Origin: an uncultured Anaerolineaceae bacterium
Lineage (GTDB): Bacteria > Chloroflexota > Anaerolineae > Anaerolineales > Anaerolineaceae
Direction: 5' to 3'
Assembly: GCA_927443345.1 (NCBI GenBank)
Contig: CAKMKJ010000039.1
Span: 2,372-66,371, forward strand
Length of the DNA: 64,000 nucleotides
Below are positions 26,528 to 37,924 of the stretch, in pieces. Each line of letters starts with the position of its first letter. Positions within the stretch are counted from its first letter, which is position 1. The translations under genes and the position numbers were made by a program. The notes under the pieces are model-generated. The model worked only from the letters and a program-made list of their open reading frames with translations, did not search any database and was not told the origin of the DNA.

Positions 26528-26625
26528 AAAGCATGGCTCCAAGGGTGCTAACATCGCGACCACTCTCCGCCAAAAGCATGGCTCTTAGGGCGCTAACCCT
26601 TATGACTCCGCAGCCCTCTTCGCCA
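26518..26625 (+). repeat. Tandem reiteration of the tRNA-Ser 3' end
   Basis: Two 45-bp units run 26518-26562 and 26563-26607. Their first 22 nt (CTCTCCGCCAAAAGCATGGCTC) are identical, and 32 of the first 35 match. A third degenerate acceptor-end copy, CCCTCTTCGCCA, lies at 26614-26625. Confidence 0.8.
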
Positions 26626-26785
26626 GGTTTCAATTATTCAACCAGCAATTGATTCATAATCGGACTTTGTTCTGCTGAACAAATAATTCACATAACAAAC
26701 AACACTACACCAGGGTAACATTTGTCACTATGCCTGGAGTTAACTCAAACTCCTATAATCAATCCATTGTTCACAAAAGAATATT

Positions 26786-27538
26786 ATGCAGACTGAATCT
26801 ATTAAACTCCTTCTGGAACAAGTTAAATCCGGCGCCGTAGACGTGGACGCCGCCATGGAAAAACTGCGCCACCTGCCCTACGAAAATGTGGATAATTTCG
26901 CCATGCTTGATCATCATCGCAGCATGCGCAACGGTTTCCCTGAAGTGATTTTTGCGCAGGGTAAGCAGCCCAGCCAGGTGGTCACGATTGCCCAAAAATT
27001 GGCTGAACGCAGCGATAAGGTCTTGATCACGCGGATCGATCAAATTACTGCCGAATTGGTACTATCCGCCCTGCCTGAAATGACGTATCATCCGATTCCA
27101 AGGCTGATGATTCTCGACCGCTCAAACGCAACAGTCAAGAAACCAGGCATCCTGGTGTGTTCCGCCGGCACCGCGGATATGCCCGTGGCCGAAGAAGCCG
27201 TCATGACCGCCGAATTGATGAACAACAAAGTGGATCGCATCTATGATGTTGGCGTCGCCGGCATCCACCGTCTGCTGGATAAAGTGGACCAACTCTGGGA
27301 AGCCCGCGTAATTATCGTCGCTGCTGGCATGGATGGCGCTCTGCCCAGTGTGATTGGCGGATTGGTCTCGGTGCCTGTCATCGCCGTCCCCACCAGCGTG
27401 GGATACGGCGCAAGTTTCAACGGTCTAGCCGCCCTGCTCACCATGCTAAATTCCTGCTCTACGGGCGTTGGTGTGGTCAATATCGACAACGGTTTTGGCG
27501 CAGGTGTGCTTGCCAGTTCGATCAATCAGCTTAAGTGA
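26786..27538 (+). CDS. larB: Nickel-pincer cofactor biosynthesis protein LarB (PurE-like carboxylase/hydrolase)
   Basis: 250 aa. It has a PurE-like core (VCSAGTADMPVAEEA, VIIVAAGMDGALPSV) and the extra N-terminal domain typical of LarB. Confidence 0.8.
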   Translation: MQTESIKLLLEQVKSGAVDVDAAMEKLRHLPYENVDNFAMLDHHRSMRNGFPEVIFAQGKQPSQVVTIAQKLAERSDKVLITRIDQITAELVLSALPEMTYHPIPRLMILDRSNATVKKPGILVCSAGTADMPVAEEAVMTAELMNNKVDRIYDVGVAGIHRLLDKVDQLWEARVIIVAAGMDGALPSVIGGLVSVPVIAVPTSVGYGASFNGLAALLTMLNSCSTGVGVVNIDNGFGAGVLASSINQLK

Positions 27539-27543
27539 GACTG

Positions 27544-28377
27544 ATGAACCTGTCTGAAATGGCACAAACCCTGCCGCAAGAACTGCTTGCGCGCTGGAAC
27601 CTTCTGCTGGATTATTTCAAAAAACAACCCTCCGCGCTGGTTGCATTTTCTGGCGGAGTAGATAGCGCCCTGCTATGTGCCGCTGCCTACGCCGCCCTCA
27701 AGGACCGCATGCTGGCTTTGACCATCCATTCGCCAGTGGAATCTGCCGAGAGCATTGAAGTTGCCAAGGCGCATGCCGCTCAAATTGGCTTTCGACACCT
27801 CGTGATTGAATATAACGATCTCGAAAATCCACGTTTCGTAGCAAACCCGCCAGAGCGCTGTTACATCTGCAAGAGAGCGCGCTTTGAAAAACTGATCGAA
27901 TATGGCAAGCGCGAAGGCTTTGTGACCGTGGTTGAGGGCACCAACGCCGATGACATGGATGATTACCGCCCAGGCCGCAAAGCCGTGCTCGAACTCGGCA
28001 TTCAAAGCCCTCTGTTGGCGTTAGGATTCTCAAAAATCGAGATTCGGGCACTTTTGAAAGCATTAGGGCTAACCATTTGGGACCGTCCCAGCGCGCCGTG
28101 TTTTGCCACCCGCTTTCCATACGGAGCACCGGTCACACAGGAAGGGCTGCAGCAGATTATCACAGGCGAGGCGTTCTTGCGCGATCTTGGCTTTGACACC
28201 GTACGCGTACGCAACCACGGTGAAACGGTCAAACTGGAAGTGGATCCGGCCCAATTTGAAGGATACATTACCCATCGCCTTCAAATTCTGGAATTCTTTA
28301 CTGCTTTGGGTTTTAAATATATTACTGCTGACCTGGCGGGCTACCGCCGGGGAAGCCTGAATGAGGTGTTGAAATGA
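27544..28377 (+). CDS. larE: ATP-dependent sulfur transferase LarE (PP-loop)
   Basis: It has the PP-loop AFSGGVDSALL. It carries CYIC plus PSAPCFATRFPYG, three Cys in total. The track start, GTG 27535, overlaps the larB stop. ATG 27544 is an alternative, so the start is uncertain. Confidence 0.8.
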   Translation: MNLSEMAQTLPQELLARWNLLLDYFKKQPSALVAFSGGVDSALLCAAAYAALKDRMLALTIHSPVESAESIEVAKAHAAQIGFRHLVIEYNDLENPRFVANPPERCYICKRARFEKLIEYGKREGFVTVVEGTNADDMDDYRPGRKAVLELGIQSPLLALGFSKIEIRALLKALGLTIWDRPSAPCFATRFPYGAPVTQEGLQQIITGEAFLRDLGFDTVRVRNHGETVKLEVDPAQFEGYITHRLQILEFFTALGFKYITADLAGYRRGSLNEVLK

Positions 28378-29537
28378 AAATAGCCTACGCAGATTGTTTC
28401 TCGGGTGTCAGCGGCGACATGTTTTTGGCCGCCTTGCTGGATGCCGGTTTGCCGCTCGAAGTCTTGCAGCAAAACATTGATAAGCTGAACCTCCCCGAAA
28501 AAGTGGAATTGAAACTGACCGAAACGCATAAAGGGGCTTTACGGGCCGCGAGCCTTGAGGTTATCGTTCCGCACAGCCACAACCACCGCCATCTTTCGGA
28601 TATTCTGCAGATGATTAACACAAGCGATCTCTCAGAGAAGGTAAAAGCCACGGCCTCAAAAATCTTCGCGCTTTTGGCCGAAGCGGAATCGCGCGTGCAC
28701 GGTGAACCCGTTGAACACGTCCACTTTCACGAAGTCGGTGCGCTTGATTCGATCGTAGATATCGTCGGCGCGGCTATTGGTCTGGATTATTTGGGCATTG
28801 AGCAGTTATATGCCTCACCGCTGCCATATGGCTCGGGCACCATCAACAGCGATCACGGCCTGCTGCCGCTGCCTGCCCCTGCCACCCTCGAGGTGCTTCG
28901 CCTGATCAACGCCCCCCTTAGCCCATCCTCCGCGGAAGTTGAACTCGTCACTCCGACAGGAGCCGCTATTTTGGGCTGCATGGCTGAATTCAAACGACCC
29001 AACCTGGTGATGACCCATATCGGCATTGGCGCAGGCAAACGCGACCTTGAATGGCCCAACATCTTACGCCTGATGATCGGCATGGTTCCCGAAGCAGAAC
29101 AAAACGAAATGGTGCAGCTCGAAACCAACATCGACGACATGAATCCACAGTTCTTCGGCTATCTGATGGATAAGCTTTTTGCTTCGGGAGCCCGAGATGT
29201 CTTCATGACACCCATCCACATGAAAAAAAACCGTCCGGGGATAATGCTGGGTGTGATCGCCCTGCGCAAAGACGAAGCCGCCCTCGCGGAACTGCTGCTA
29301 CGCGAAACCACCACCCTCGGCTTGCGCGTGCAGCCCATCGGCCGCTACGAAGCCAGCCGCGAATTCCGCCAGCTTGATACCCGTTTTGGCAAGGTCACCA
29401 TCAAGGCAAAAATCATGGATGGCAAGGTGATTCATACCACACCTGAATACGATGACTGTGTACGCCTGGCCAAAGAGAATCAGGTCAGCCTGCTCGAGAT
29501 TTATCAAACCGTCAATCAACACTTGAAAACAGATTAA
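28374..29537 (+). CDS. larC: Nickel insertion protein LarC (DUF111)
   Basis: 387 aa. The N-terminus is MKIAYADCFSGVSGDMFLAALLDAG, followed by HFHEVGALDSIVDIVG. There is an ATGA overlap with larE. Confidence 0.85.
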   Translation: MKIAYADCFSGVSGDMFLAALLDAGLPLEVLQQNIDKLNLPEKVELKLTETHKGALRAASLEVIVPHSHNHRHLSDILQMINTSDLSEKVKATASKIFALLAEAESRVHGEPVEHVHFHEVGALDSIVDIVGAAIGLDYLGIEQLYASPLPYGSGTINSDHGLLPLPAPATLEVLRLINAPLSPSSAEVELVTPTGAAILGCMAEFKRPNLVMTHIGIGAGKRDLEWPNILRLMIGMVPEAEQNEMVQLETNIDDMNPQFFGYLMDKLFASGARDVFMTPIHMKKNRPGIMLGVIALRKDEAALAELLLRETTTLGLRVQPIGRYEASREFRQLDTRFGKVTIKAKIMDGKVIHTTPEYDDCVRLAKENQVSLLEIYQTVNQHLKTD

Positions 29538-29569
29538 GCACTAATAGATCATCCAGGAGGAACAAAAAC

Positions 29570-30733
29570 ATGCAATATCGACACTTTGGAAAATTAGATT
29601 GGAAAGTCTCTGCCCTTGGTTTTGGTGCCATGCGCCTGCCGATTCTGGACGGAAAAAGCAGCAACATAGATCAAGCAAAAGCCACTGAAATGATCCGCTA
29701 CGCCATCGACAATGGCGTGAATTATTTTGATACCGCCTATGTTTATCACGACCAAAAAAGTGAGGGTGCCGTTGGACTTGCCTTGAAGGACGGCTACCGT
29801 GAACGCATCAAAATAGCCACCAAACTACCCATATGGTTGGTAAAAACGACCGCAGATTTTAACAGGCTGCTCAACGAACAGCTTGAACGCCTGCAAACGG
29901 ATCATATCGATTTTTATCTGCTACATGCCTTAAACAAGGGTTCATGGCAGAAAATCCTCGATCTAAATTTGATCGAGGAGGCTGAAAAAGCCCTCGCTGA
30001 CGGACGCATCCGCCACCTCGGATTTTCCTTCCACGACAAACTTGACACCTTCAAGCAGATCGTGGATGGCTATGACAAATGGACCTTCTGTCAGATTCAA
30101 TACAACTTCATGGATACAGAATTCCAGGCGGGCAAAGAAGGCTTGCAGTACGCAGCCGCCAAAGGCCTTGCAGTTGTGATCATGGAACCCCTGCGCGGCG
30201 GAAAACTGGCCGCGGATATTCCTGCCGCCCGCCCATTATGGGAATCAGCAGCCATTCAACGCAAACCCGCTGACTGGGCATTGCAGTGGCTTTGGAATCA
30301 ACCTGAAGTGGCTGTCGTGTTGAGCGGTATGAGCACCCTGGATCAATTGAAAGAAAACGTAGAATCTGCTGCCGTTTCAAGTATTGGCTTACTTTCAGCC
30401 CAGGAATTGGAACTGGTTGAAAAGGTCAACAAAGAATTGACCGCCCGCAGTCCGATCCCTTGCACGGCCTGCGAATACTGCCTGCCCTGCCCACATGGCG
30501 TCAACATCCCACGCAATTTTGAATCATACAATAATGCGGCCATGTACAACGATGTAAACGACAGCCGCATGGATTACAAAATGTGGATTTCTGATCCAGA
30601 GAAGGCGTCAGAGTGCATCCAATGCGACGAATGCCTCGATAAATGCCCACAGCAGATTGCCATCAGCACCTGGATGCCCGTGATTGACAGCGTCTTGGGT
30701 CAGGGTCAGCCCTTTGTCGAAAAAGTAGCCTGA
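29570..30733 (+). CDS. Aldo/keto reductase fused to a C-terminal 2x[4Fe-4S]-type Cys cluster domain
   Basis: 387 aa with an AKR N-terminal fold (GFGAMRLP, DTAYVYH, YLLH). The C-terminus has CTACEYCLPCP and CIQCDECLDKCP. A strong SD (AGGAGG) is present. Confidence 0.8.
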   Translation: MQYRHFGKLDWKVSALGFGAMRLPILDGKSSNIDQAKATEMIRYAIDNGVNYFDTAYVYHDQKSEGAVGLALKDGYRERIKIATKLPIWLVKTTADFNRLLNEQLERLQTDHIDFYLLHALNKGSWQKILDLNLIEEAEKALADGRIRHLGFSFHDKLDTFKQIVDGYDKWTFCQIQYNFMDTEFQAGKEGLQYAAAKGLAVVIMEPLRGGKLAADIPAARPLWESAAIQRKPADWALQWLWNQPEVAVVLSGMSTLDQLKENVESAAVSSIGLLSAQELELVEKVNKELTARSPIPCTACEYCLPCPHGVNIPRNFESYNNAAMYNDVNDSRMDYKMWISDPEKASECIQCDECLDKCPQQIAISTWMPVIDSVLGQGQPFVEKVA

Positions 30734-30762
30734 TTCTTTACACGCACAATAAAATACTTAAC

Positions 30763-30793
30763 AAAGAGTCCGAAAACCAAATCGGACTCTTTT
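30763..30793 (+). terminator. Rho-independent terminator after the AKR gene
   Basis: An 11-bp stem, AAAGAGTCCGA / TCGGACTCTTT, closes an 8-nt loop and runs into a T-rich tail (TTTTGTATT). Confidence 0.7.
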
Positions 30794-30923
30794 GTATTCA
30801 AAATTGCCTTAGAAATTAAGTGGTTATATGGATAATTTTTATCATATTTCTTATATTTATCTTGTATACTGGAACTTATAAGGAGAGTTTATCTCCTGTT
30901 GGTTTGTCAGGTCAGGAGTCAAG

Positions 30924-31730
30924 ATGAAGATAACAAATAAAGTTTATGTGGTTACCGGCGGCGGAAATGGCATTGGCCGAGAGCTGGTGATTCAATTAGT
31001 TAATCGTGGCGCCCGTGTGGCAGCCGTGGATATCAGCGAAGCAGGCATGCAAGAAACAGTAAAACTGGCCGGAAGTCTGGGCGACAAGATATCCACTCAT
31101 ATTGTGGATATTACCGACTCCGCTGCAGTTGAAGCACTGCCCGAAAAAGTGATCGCCGCGCACGGCAGCGTGGATGGATTAATCAACAACGCCGGCATCA
31201 TCCAACCTTTTGTAAGAGTTGTAGATTTAACCTTTCCCCAGATCAACAAGGTCTTTGATGTCAATTTCACCGGCTTAATGTTCATGACCAAAGCCTTTCT
31301 GCCATACTTGCTCAAACGCCCCGAAGCCCACATCATCAACCTTTCCAGCATGGGCGGATTCCTGCCAGTGCCCGGTCAGACCATTTACGGCGCTTCAAAA
31401 GCCGCCGTCAAATTGTTTACCGAAGGCCTGCATTCAGAACTTCTCGACACCCAGGTGCATGTCACGCTGGTCTTCCCTGGCGCCATTAAAACCAACATCA
31501 CCGTCAACTCAGGTATTATGACCCAGGAGCAAGTCGACAAACAAGACATGGGACAGTTCAAAATGACTGAGGCTGACAAAGCGGCTGAAATAATCATCTC
31601 TGGCATCGAAAGAAATGCTTACCATGTGTTTGTTGGCAGCGATTCAAAGATGATGAATTTTCTCGTCCGCCTGGCGCCAAAGCGGGCAGCCAAACTCATT
31701 TTTGACCAGATGAAGTCATTACTGAAGTAA
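30924..31730 (+). CDS. SDR family oxidoreductase
   Basis: 268 aa with TGGGNGIGRE, NNAG and YGASKAA. Confidence 0.88.
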   Translation: MKITNKVYVVTGGGNGIGRELVIQLVNRGARVAAVDISEAGMQETVKLAGSLGDKISTHIVDITDSAAVEALPEKVIAAHGSVDGLINNAGIIQPFVRVVDLTFPQINKVFDVNFTGLMFMTKAFLPYLLKRPEAHIINLSSMGGFLPVPGQTIYGASKAAVKLFTEGLHSELLDTQVHVTLVFPGAIKTNITVNSGIMTQEQVDKQDMGQFKMTEADKAAEIIISGIERNAYHVFVGSDSKMMNFLVRLAPKRAAKLIFDQMKSLLK

Positions 31731-31739
31731 ACTACACGC

Positions 31740-31767
31740 GTAAGGGCAATTCGTGAATTGCCCTTAC
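31740..31767. repeat. Palindrome of the GTAGGGGCGG family, copy 2, terminator position
   Basis: GTAAGGGCAATTC GT GAATTGCCCTTAC, located between convergent stops at 31730 and 31781. It differs from copy 1 at 3 stem positions, each changed in both arms. Confidence 0.8.
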
Positions 31768-31780
31768 ATTTAATAATCAA

Positions 31781-33274
31781 TTAACCCTTGATTTCCGTCG
31801 ATCCCATCAAAAAGCGATCCACTTCGCGGGCTGCGCCGCGCCCTTCGCGGATGGCCCAGACCACCAGACTCTGGCCTCTGCGCATGTCACCAGCCGAGAA
31901 CACGCCGGGGATGCTGGTGCCGTAATGTTCGCCATCCGCCAACACATTGGAGCGTGCATCACGCGCCACGCCCAACTGTTCAAGCATTTGATCTTCGGGT
32001 CCCAAGAAGCCCATTGCCAAGAAGACTTCCTGCACCTGCCACACCTTCTTGGTGCCCGGAATTTCTTTAGGCGTCATGCGTCCGTTGGCGTCTCTGACCC
32101 ATTCCACCTGAACGGTGTGAGCTTCTTTGACATTGCCATTTTCATCACCCACAAAGCGTTTGGTGGTGATACTGAATTCTCGCGGATCATGCCCATAAAA
32201 CGCCATGGCCTCTTCCTGCCCGTAATCCACTTTTAGCACTTTTGGCCACTCCGGCCACGGATTGTCCGTCTGGCGCGCATGCGGAGGTTCCGGCAAAATT
32301 TCAAATTGGGTCACGCTGCGGCAGCCGTGCCTCAGCGAGGTGCCAATGCAATCGGTGCCTGTATCGCCGCCGCCGATCACCAGCACATCCTTGTTGCGTG
32401 CAGAAATGGTGACCGCATCTGCCTCGCGGTTCAAGCCGCCCAGCAGGTTGCGCGTGTTGGCGTGCAAAAAGTCCATGGCAAAGTGGATGCCATTGAGTTC
32501 GCGGCCTTCAACCTGCAGATCTCGGGGTTTGGTTGCGCCGCCGCACAAGACCACGGCGTCGTAATCTTTCACCAGCATGTCGGCAGGCATGTCTTTGCCC
32601 ACTTCAGTTTTAGTAACAAATACAATACCTTCATCTGCCAGCAGGTTCACCCGGCGCTCGACCACACTTTTATCCAGCTTCATGTTGGGGATGCCGTACA
32701 TCAACAATCCGCCGATGCGGTCAGCCCGTTCGAAGACGGTTACGCAGTGTCCGGCGTGGTTGAGCAAGTCAGCACAGGCCAACCCAGCAGGGCCGGAGCC
32801 CACCACCGCCACCGTCTTACCCGTCCGTTTAAGCGGCGGTTGGGGATGGATCCAGCCTTCTTCAAATCCTTTTTCAATGATGGCGTGTTCAATGGATTTA
32901 ATAGCCACAGGTGAAGTGACCAGCCCGGCTGTGCAAGAACCTTCGCACGGCGCGGGGCAGACTCTTCCCGTGAATTCGGGGAAGTTGTTGGTTTTCATCA
33001 GCCGTTCGAGCGCCTGCTTCCACAACCCGCGGTAGACCAGTTCGTTCCACTCGGGGATCAGGTTGTGAATGGGGCATCCAGATGCCATGCCGTTGATCAT
33101 GCTGCCGGTGTGACAGAAGGGGGTGCCGCAATCCATGCAGCGTGCGGATTGCCGGGTGAGTGCTTCTTCGGGGAAGGGTTGGTGAAATTCCTTCCAATGC
33201 AAAATACGTTCCTGAGGTGGAAAATCCGTCTGGTTCTCGCGACTGTAATCCATGAATCCGGTTGGTTTTGCCAT
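31781..33274 (-). CDS. gltD: Glutamate synthase (NADPH) small subunit
   Basis: 497 aa with an N-terminal Fe-S Cys pattern ([18 protein letters not shown]) and two dinucleotide folds ([21 protein letters not shown]). Confidence 0.92.
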   Translation of the reverse strand: MAKPTGFMDYSRENQTDFPPQERILHWKEFHQPFPEEALTRQSARCMDCGTPFCHTGSMINGMASGCPIHNLIPEWNELVYRGLWKQALERLMKTNNFPEFTGRVCPAPCEGSCTAGLVTSPVAIKSIEHAIIEKGFEEGWIHPQPPLKRTGKTVAVVGSGPAGLACADLLNHAGHCVTVFERADRIGGLLMYGIPNMKLDKSVVERRVNLLADEGIVFVTKTEVGKDMPADMLVKDYDAVVLCGGATKPRDLQVEGRELNGIHFAMDFLHANTRNLLGGLNREADAVTISARNKDVLVIGGGDTGTDCIGTSLRHGCRSVTQFEILPEPPHARQTDNPWPEWPKVLKVDYGQEEAMAFYGHDPREFSITTKRFVGDENGNVKEAHTVQVEWVRDANGRMTPKEIPGTKKVWQVQEVFLAMGFLGPEDQMLEQLGVARDARSNVLADGEHYGTSIPGVFSAGDMRRGQSLVVWAIREGRGAAREVDRFLMGSTEIKG

Positions 33275-33283
33275 GACTGCCTC

Positions 33284-36200
33284 TTAATTCCCGCTTACGC
33301 GCGAGAGTTCTTTGCTGTTCAGTTCAAACGCGGCTTTGACTGCCTCGTCTCCGCTCAAGCCAGCGGCTTTCACTTCTTCAAACGCTTTCAACATGCGCTG
33401 ATAATCTTGCGGAATAACCTTCACAAACATGGTTATGAAATGCATCCAGTCTTTTAAGATGCGCCCAGCCAGCGGACTGCCGGTCAAGGTTTGGTGCTTT
33501 TCAATCATAGATTTAACATCATTGATCTCAAATACATCCTGCAGCGGTTCGAGGTTGACCATTTCAAGGTTGCAGCGCGATTTGAAAGCGCCATCCCAAT
33601 CGATCACGTAGGCAATGCCGCCAGACATGCCTGCCGCGAAGTTGCGGCCGGTCTTGCCCAGAATGACCACGCTGCCGCCGGTCATATATTCACAGCCGTG
33701 ATCGCCCACACCTTCCACTACGGCTTTGGCACCGCTGTTTCGCACGCAGAAACGCTCACCGGCCAGACCACTGATGAAAATTTCACCTGAAGTCGCGCCG
33801 TAAAAAGCCACGTTGCCAATAATAATGTTCTCATCCGGTGCAAAAGGCGACCCCTTGGGCGGATAGACGATAATCCTGCCGCCGGAGAGCCCCTTGCCGA
33901 TGTAGTCGTTGGAATCCCCTTCAAGCTCCATAGTCACGCCGCGCGGAATGAAGGCGCCAAAGCTCAAGCCTGCCGAGCCCAGGCAGTGGATGTGAACTGT
34001 ATCATCAGGCAATCCTTCCAGACCATAACGCCGCGTCACGGCGCTGCCGACCTGCGAACCGATCACGCGATGCACGTTGCGCACGGCGATATCCACGGCA
34101 ACACGCTCACCGCGTTCGATGGCTGGTGTACATTTTTCGAGCAACACCTTTTGATCAAGCGATTTCTGCAAGTTATGCTGCTGCGGGGTGGTATAACGCA
34201 GCCCTACGGATGCATCCACTTCAGGGCGGTAAAGCAAGGCTGAAAGATCTATGCCGCTGGCTTTCCAGTGGTCCACGGCTTGTTTGGCTTCAAGTTTGTC
34301 GGTGCGCCCGATCATCTCATCAATGGTGCGGAAGCCGAGGATCGACATCCACTCACGCATTTCTTGCGCGATGAAATACATAAAGTTAACTACGTAAGCC
34401 GGGTCGCCCGCGTAATTCTTGCGTAGTTCAGGGTTCTGGGTGGCGATGCCTGTCGGACAGGTATCTTGATGGCAGACGCGCATCATCACGCAACCCAGCG
34501 TCACCAATGGTGCCGTGGCAAAGCCAAATTCTTCGGCCCCAAGCAGGGCGGCCACAATCACATCGCGGCCGGTTTTGAGCTGACCATCCGTTTCAACAGA
34601 AATACGGCTGCGCAGGTTGTTGAGCACCAGGGTTTGGTGGGTCTCCGCCAAACCGAGTTCCCAGGGCAGGCCGGCATGTTTGATGCTGGTCTGTGGTGAG
34701 GCGCCAGTGCCGCCGTCGTGTCCGCTGATTAAGACCACATCCGCGCGCGCTTTGGCCACTCCTGCAGCCACTGTACCCACGCCAACTTCAGACACCAGTT
34801 TGACGTTGATGCGCGCCTCGGGGTTGACGTTCTTCAAGTCGTTGATCAACTGCGCCAAATCTTCAATCGAGTAAATATCATGATGCGGCGGAGGCGAGAT
34901 CAAACCCACCCCCGGCGTGGAATGTCTGGTCTTTGCAATTTCAGGATAAACTTTGCGCCCGGGGAGCTGCCCTCCCTCGCCGGGTTTTGCGCCTTGAGCC
35001 ATCTTGATTTGCAGTTCGCGCGCATTCACCAGGTAATAACTGGTTACGCCAAAACGAGCGGAGGCCACCTGTTTGATGGCGCTGTTGCGAGAATCGCCAT
35101 TGGCGTCTATCTCATAGCGGGCGGGATCTTCGCCGCCCTCGCCAGTGTTGCTCTTGCCGCCGATGCGGTTCATAGCGATGGCCAGCGCTTCGTGAGCTTC
35201 TTTGCTAATCGAGCCGTAAGACATGGCGCCGGTCTTGAAGCGTTTGACAATGGCTTCCACCGGTTCCACTTCATCCAATGGGATGGGCGTCTCGGCCAAC
35301 TTGAAATCGAGCAGACCACGCAGGGTGGTGAGTTGAGTAGATTGATCATTGACCAAAGCCGAATATTTCTTGAATAAGGCATAATCATTATTGCGAGTGG
35401 CCTGCTGTAAATAATAAATGGATTCCGGGTTGAAAAGATGGTGTTCACCGTCTTCTCGCCATTGATATTTGCCTCCGGCATCCAGGGGTTCCAAATCACC
35501 AGGCCGCTTGGGGAATGCCTGCTCATGGCGCATGACCGCTTCACGGGCGATGACCTCAATGCCTGCGCCGCCAATGCGTGAGGGTGTACCGTTGAAATAG
35601 CGCTCCACAAATTCCTGATTCAGGCCGACGGCTTCATAAATTTGCGCACCGCAGTAGCTCTGAATGGTCGAAATACCCATCTTGGAGCACACCTTAATAA
35701 TGCCCTTGACCACGGCTTTGCGGTACTTTTGTGAGGCTGTACGGTAATCCATGTCCGTCAAAAATCCCTGGTCGATCATATCGCGGATGGTGTCAAAAGC
35801 CAGATAGGGATTGATGGCCACTGCGCCGTAGCCCACCAGTGTGGCAAAATGATGCACTTCACGCGGCTCGGCAGACTCCACCACCAGGCCAATGTGAGTG
35901 CGGGTTCCCTTGCCAATAAGATGATGGTGCAGCCCCGCCACCGCCAGCAGCACGGGGATGGCCGCATGTTCAGCGTCCACACCGCGGTCAGACAGAATCA
36001 GAATGTTGGCTTCGTCGTTGGCGATGATCTCATCCGCGCGGGCAAACAACCTCTCCAAACCCGCTTCAAGCCCTGGCCCTCCCTCTGCCGGGTTGAACAA
36101 AATCGGAATGGTCATGGTGTGGAAGTGCAGTCGGTTGAGGTGGCGCAGTTTCTCAAGCTTTTCATTCGTCAGAATTGGGTTTTTGAGTTTGATCTGTCGG

Positions 36201-37924
36201 CAGTTTTCAGGCCGCGGTTCCAGCAGGTTCTGCTCCGAGCCGATCATGATCTCGGTGGCAGTCACAATCTCTTCGCGATTGGCGTCGATTGGCGGATTGG
36301 TCACCTGGGCAAATAATTGTTTGAAATAATCAAACAACAGCACCGCTTTGTCAGAAAGCACTGCCAGAGGTGTGTCGTTGCCCATCGAGCCGATGGGTTC
36401 CACGCCATTCTTGGCCATCGGTCCGATGATGACGCGTAAATCTTCATAAGTGTAACCAAAGGCGCGCTGACGTTTGAGCACATCCTGACTGCGTTCGTAA
36501 CCTTCCTTTTTGCGCTCCACTTCGAGGTTAACAGGGTCAGGCAGGTCTTCAAGGTTGATCAAAAATTCATTCAACCACTTTCGGTAAGGTCTGGCAATTG
36601 AGATGTTGTGTTTGATCTCTTCATCGCTAACAATGCGTCCTTCTTCGGTGTCGACCCACAGCATACGTCCGGGTTCGAGACGGCCTTTTTTGATCACATT
36701 TTCAGCGGGCACATCCAGCACACCCACTTCAGAAGCAAGGATTACGCGGTCATCGCTGGTGACGTAATAACGTGAAGGCCTCAATCCGTTGCGGTCAAGA
36801 CAGGCGCCGATGCCAACGCCGTCGGTGAAGACCATAGAGGCGGGTCCGTCCCAGGGTTCCATCAGCGAACTGTGATACTCATAGAAGGCTTTCTTCTCTT
36901 CGCTCATGCTCTCGTGCTTTGACCACGGTTCAGGAATCATCATCATCATGGCTTCAGGCAGGGTTCTGCCCGCCAGCACCAGCAATTCAAGCACATTGTC
37001 GAAAATGCCAGAGTCCGACCCATCAGGGTTGATCACGGGCAGCACCTTTTGCAGGTCATTGCCAAAGCGGTCAGAATGGAATTTGGTCTGCTGTGAATTA
37101 AGCCAGTTGACATTGCCGCGCAGTGTATTGATCTCGCCGTTGTGTGCCAGCATGCGGTTGGGATGCGCCCGATCCCATGACGGGAAGGTGTTGGTTGAAA
37201 AACGAGAATGCACCATCACCATGGCGGTTTCAATGTCAGGGTCTGAAAGATCAGGGAAGTACGCCTCAACCTGTTTGGAGGTTAACATCCCCTTGTAGAC
37301 CAGGGTTTTGTAAGACATGCTGCAAACATAAAACTGGTCGCCGCCGGCCATCTCTGAGTAGCGGATGGTGTGTTCGGCACGTTTGCGGATGACATAAAGT
37401 TTACGTTCAAAAGTCATGCGGTCTTTAATAGTCTTGTTGCGCTCCACAAAAAGCTGTCGGATCACTGGCTGGGCGGCTCTGGCAGTGGGGCCAAGTGTGC
37501 GGTCATCCGTGGGGACGGTGCGCCAACCCAAAACGTGCTGCCCCTCTTCTTCACAGATCGCTTCAACGATACCTTCGAACTGATGACGCAGCGCTTCATC
37601 CTGCGGAAGAAACAACATGCCTACGCCAAAATAGCGTTCTCCCGGAAGGCTGAATCCCAACCTTGCGCTTTCGCGTTGGAAGAATTTGTGCGGCACCTGA
37701 ATCAAAATGCCAGCGCCGTCACCTGTATCCGTTTCGGAGCCAGTAGCACCGCGATGGGCTAAATTATCGAGAATGGTCAGACCCTGACCAATGATTTCGT
37801 GTGAGACATTCCCCTTAATATTCACCACAAACCCTGTACCGCAGGCGTCATGTTCAAACCGGGGATCGTAAAGCCCTTGTTTCTTGGGAGCGGTCAATTG
37901 GGGAAGTTCGCGTTCATTCATCAT
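33284..37924 (-). CDS. gltB: Glutamate synthase large subunit
   Basis: 1546 aa. It has the N-terminal amidotransferase Cys (HDACGTGFV), FMN and 3Fe-4S domains, and a GXGXG C-terminal domain. It lies 9 nt upstream of gltD. Confidence 0.95.
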   Translation of the reverse strand: MMNERELPQLTAPKKQGLYDPRFEHDACGTGFVVNIKGNVSHEIIGQGLTILDNLAHRGATGSETDTGDGAGILIQVPHKFFQRESARLGFSLPGERYFGVGMLFLPQDEALRHQFEGIVEAICEEEGQHVLGWRTVPTDDRTLGPTARAAQPVIRQLFVERNKTIKDRMTFERKLYVIRKRAEHTIRYSEMAGGDQFYVCSMSYKTLVYKGMLTSKQVEAYFPDLSDPDIETAMVMVHSRFSTNTFPSWDRAHPNRMLAHNGEINTLRGNVNWLNSQQTKFHSDRFGNDLQKVLPVINPDGSDSGIFDNVLELLVLAGRTLPEAMMMMIPEPWSKHESMSEEKKAFYEYHSSLMEPWDGPASMVFTDGVGIGACLDRNGLRPSRYYVTSDDRVILASEVGVLDVPAENVIKKGRLEPGRMLWVDTEEGRIVSDEEIKHNISIARPYRKWLNEFLINLEDLPDPVNLEVERKKEGYERSQDVLKRQRAFGYTYEDLRVIIGPMAKNGVEPIGSMGNDTPLAVLSDKAVLLFDYFKQLFAQVTNPPIDANREEIVTATEIMIGSEQNLLEPRPENCRQIKLKNPILTNEKLEKLRHLNRLHFHTMTIPILFNPAEGGPGLEAGLERLFARADEIIANDEANILILSDRGVDAEHAAIPVLLAVAGLHHHLIGKGTRTHIGLVVESAEPREVHHFATLVGYGAVAINPYLAFDTIRDMIDQGFLTDMDYRTASQKYRKAVVKGIIKVCSKMGISTIQSYCGAQIYEAVGLNQEFVERYFNGTPSRIGGAGIEVIAREAVMRHEQAFPKRPGDLEPLDAGGKYQWREDGEHHLFNPESIYYLQQATRNNDYALFKKYSALVNDQSTQLTTLRGLLDFKLAETPIPLDEVEPVEAIVKRFKTGAMSYGSISKEAHEALAIAMNRIGGKSNTGEGGEDPARYEIDANGDSRNSAIKQVASARFGVTSYYLVNARELQIKMAQGAKPGEGGQLPGRKVYPEIAKTRHSTPGVGLISPPPHHDIYSIEDLAQLINDLKNVNPEARINVKLVSEVGVGTVAAGVAKARADVVLISGHDGGTGASPQTSIKHAGLPWELGLAETHQTLVLNNLRSRISVETDGQLKTGRDVIVAALLGAEEFGFATAPLVTLGCVMMRVCHQDTCPTGIATQNPELRKNYAGDPAYVVNFMYFIAQEMREWMSILGFRTIDEMIGRTDKLEAKQAVDHWKASGIDLSALLYRPEVDASVGLRYTTPQQHNLQKSLDQKVLLEKCTPAIERGERVAVDIAVRNVHRVIGSQVGSAVTRRYGLEGLPDDTVHIHCLGSAGLSFGAFIPRGVTMELEGDSNDYIGKGLSGGRIIVYPPKGSPFAPDENIIIGNVAFYGATSGEIFISGLAGERFCVRNSGAKAVVEGVGDHGCEYMTGGSVVILGKTGRNFAAGMSGGIAYVIDWDGAFKSRCNLEMVNLEPLQDVFEINDVKSMIEKHQTLTGSPLAGRILKDWMHFITMFVKVIPQDYQRMLKAFEEVKAAGLSGDEAVKAAFELNSKELSRVSGN

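Noticed and set aside
26518-26625. Possible CRISPR array
   Set aside because: There are only two to three units, and the first overlaps the tRNA 3' end. The 'spacers' are too short, and no cas genes occur in the window. I interpret it as an att-like or tandem duplication.
26437-26785. Integrated prophage or genomic island at tRNA-Ser
   Set aside because: No integrase, excisionase or compositionally foreign DNA follows the tRNA. The next gene, larB, starts about 260 bp downstream and has normal composition.
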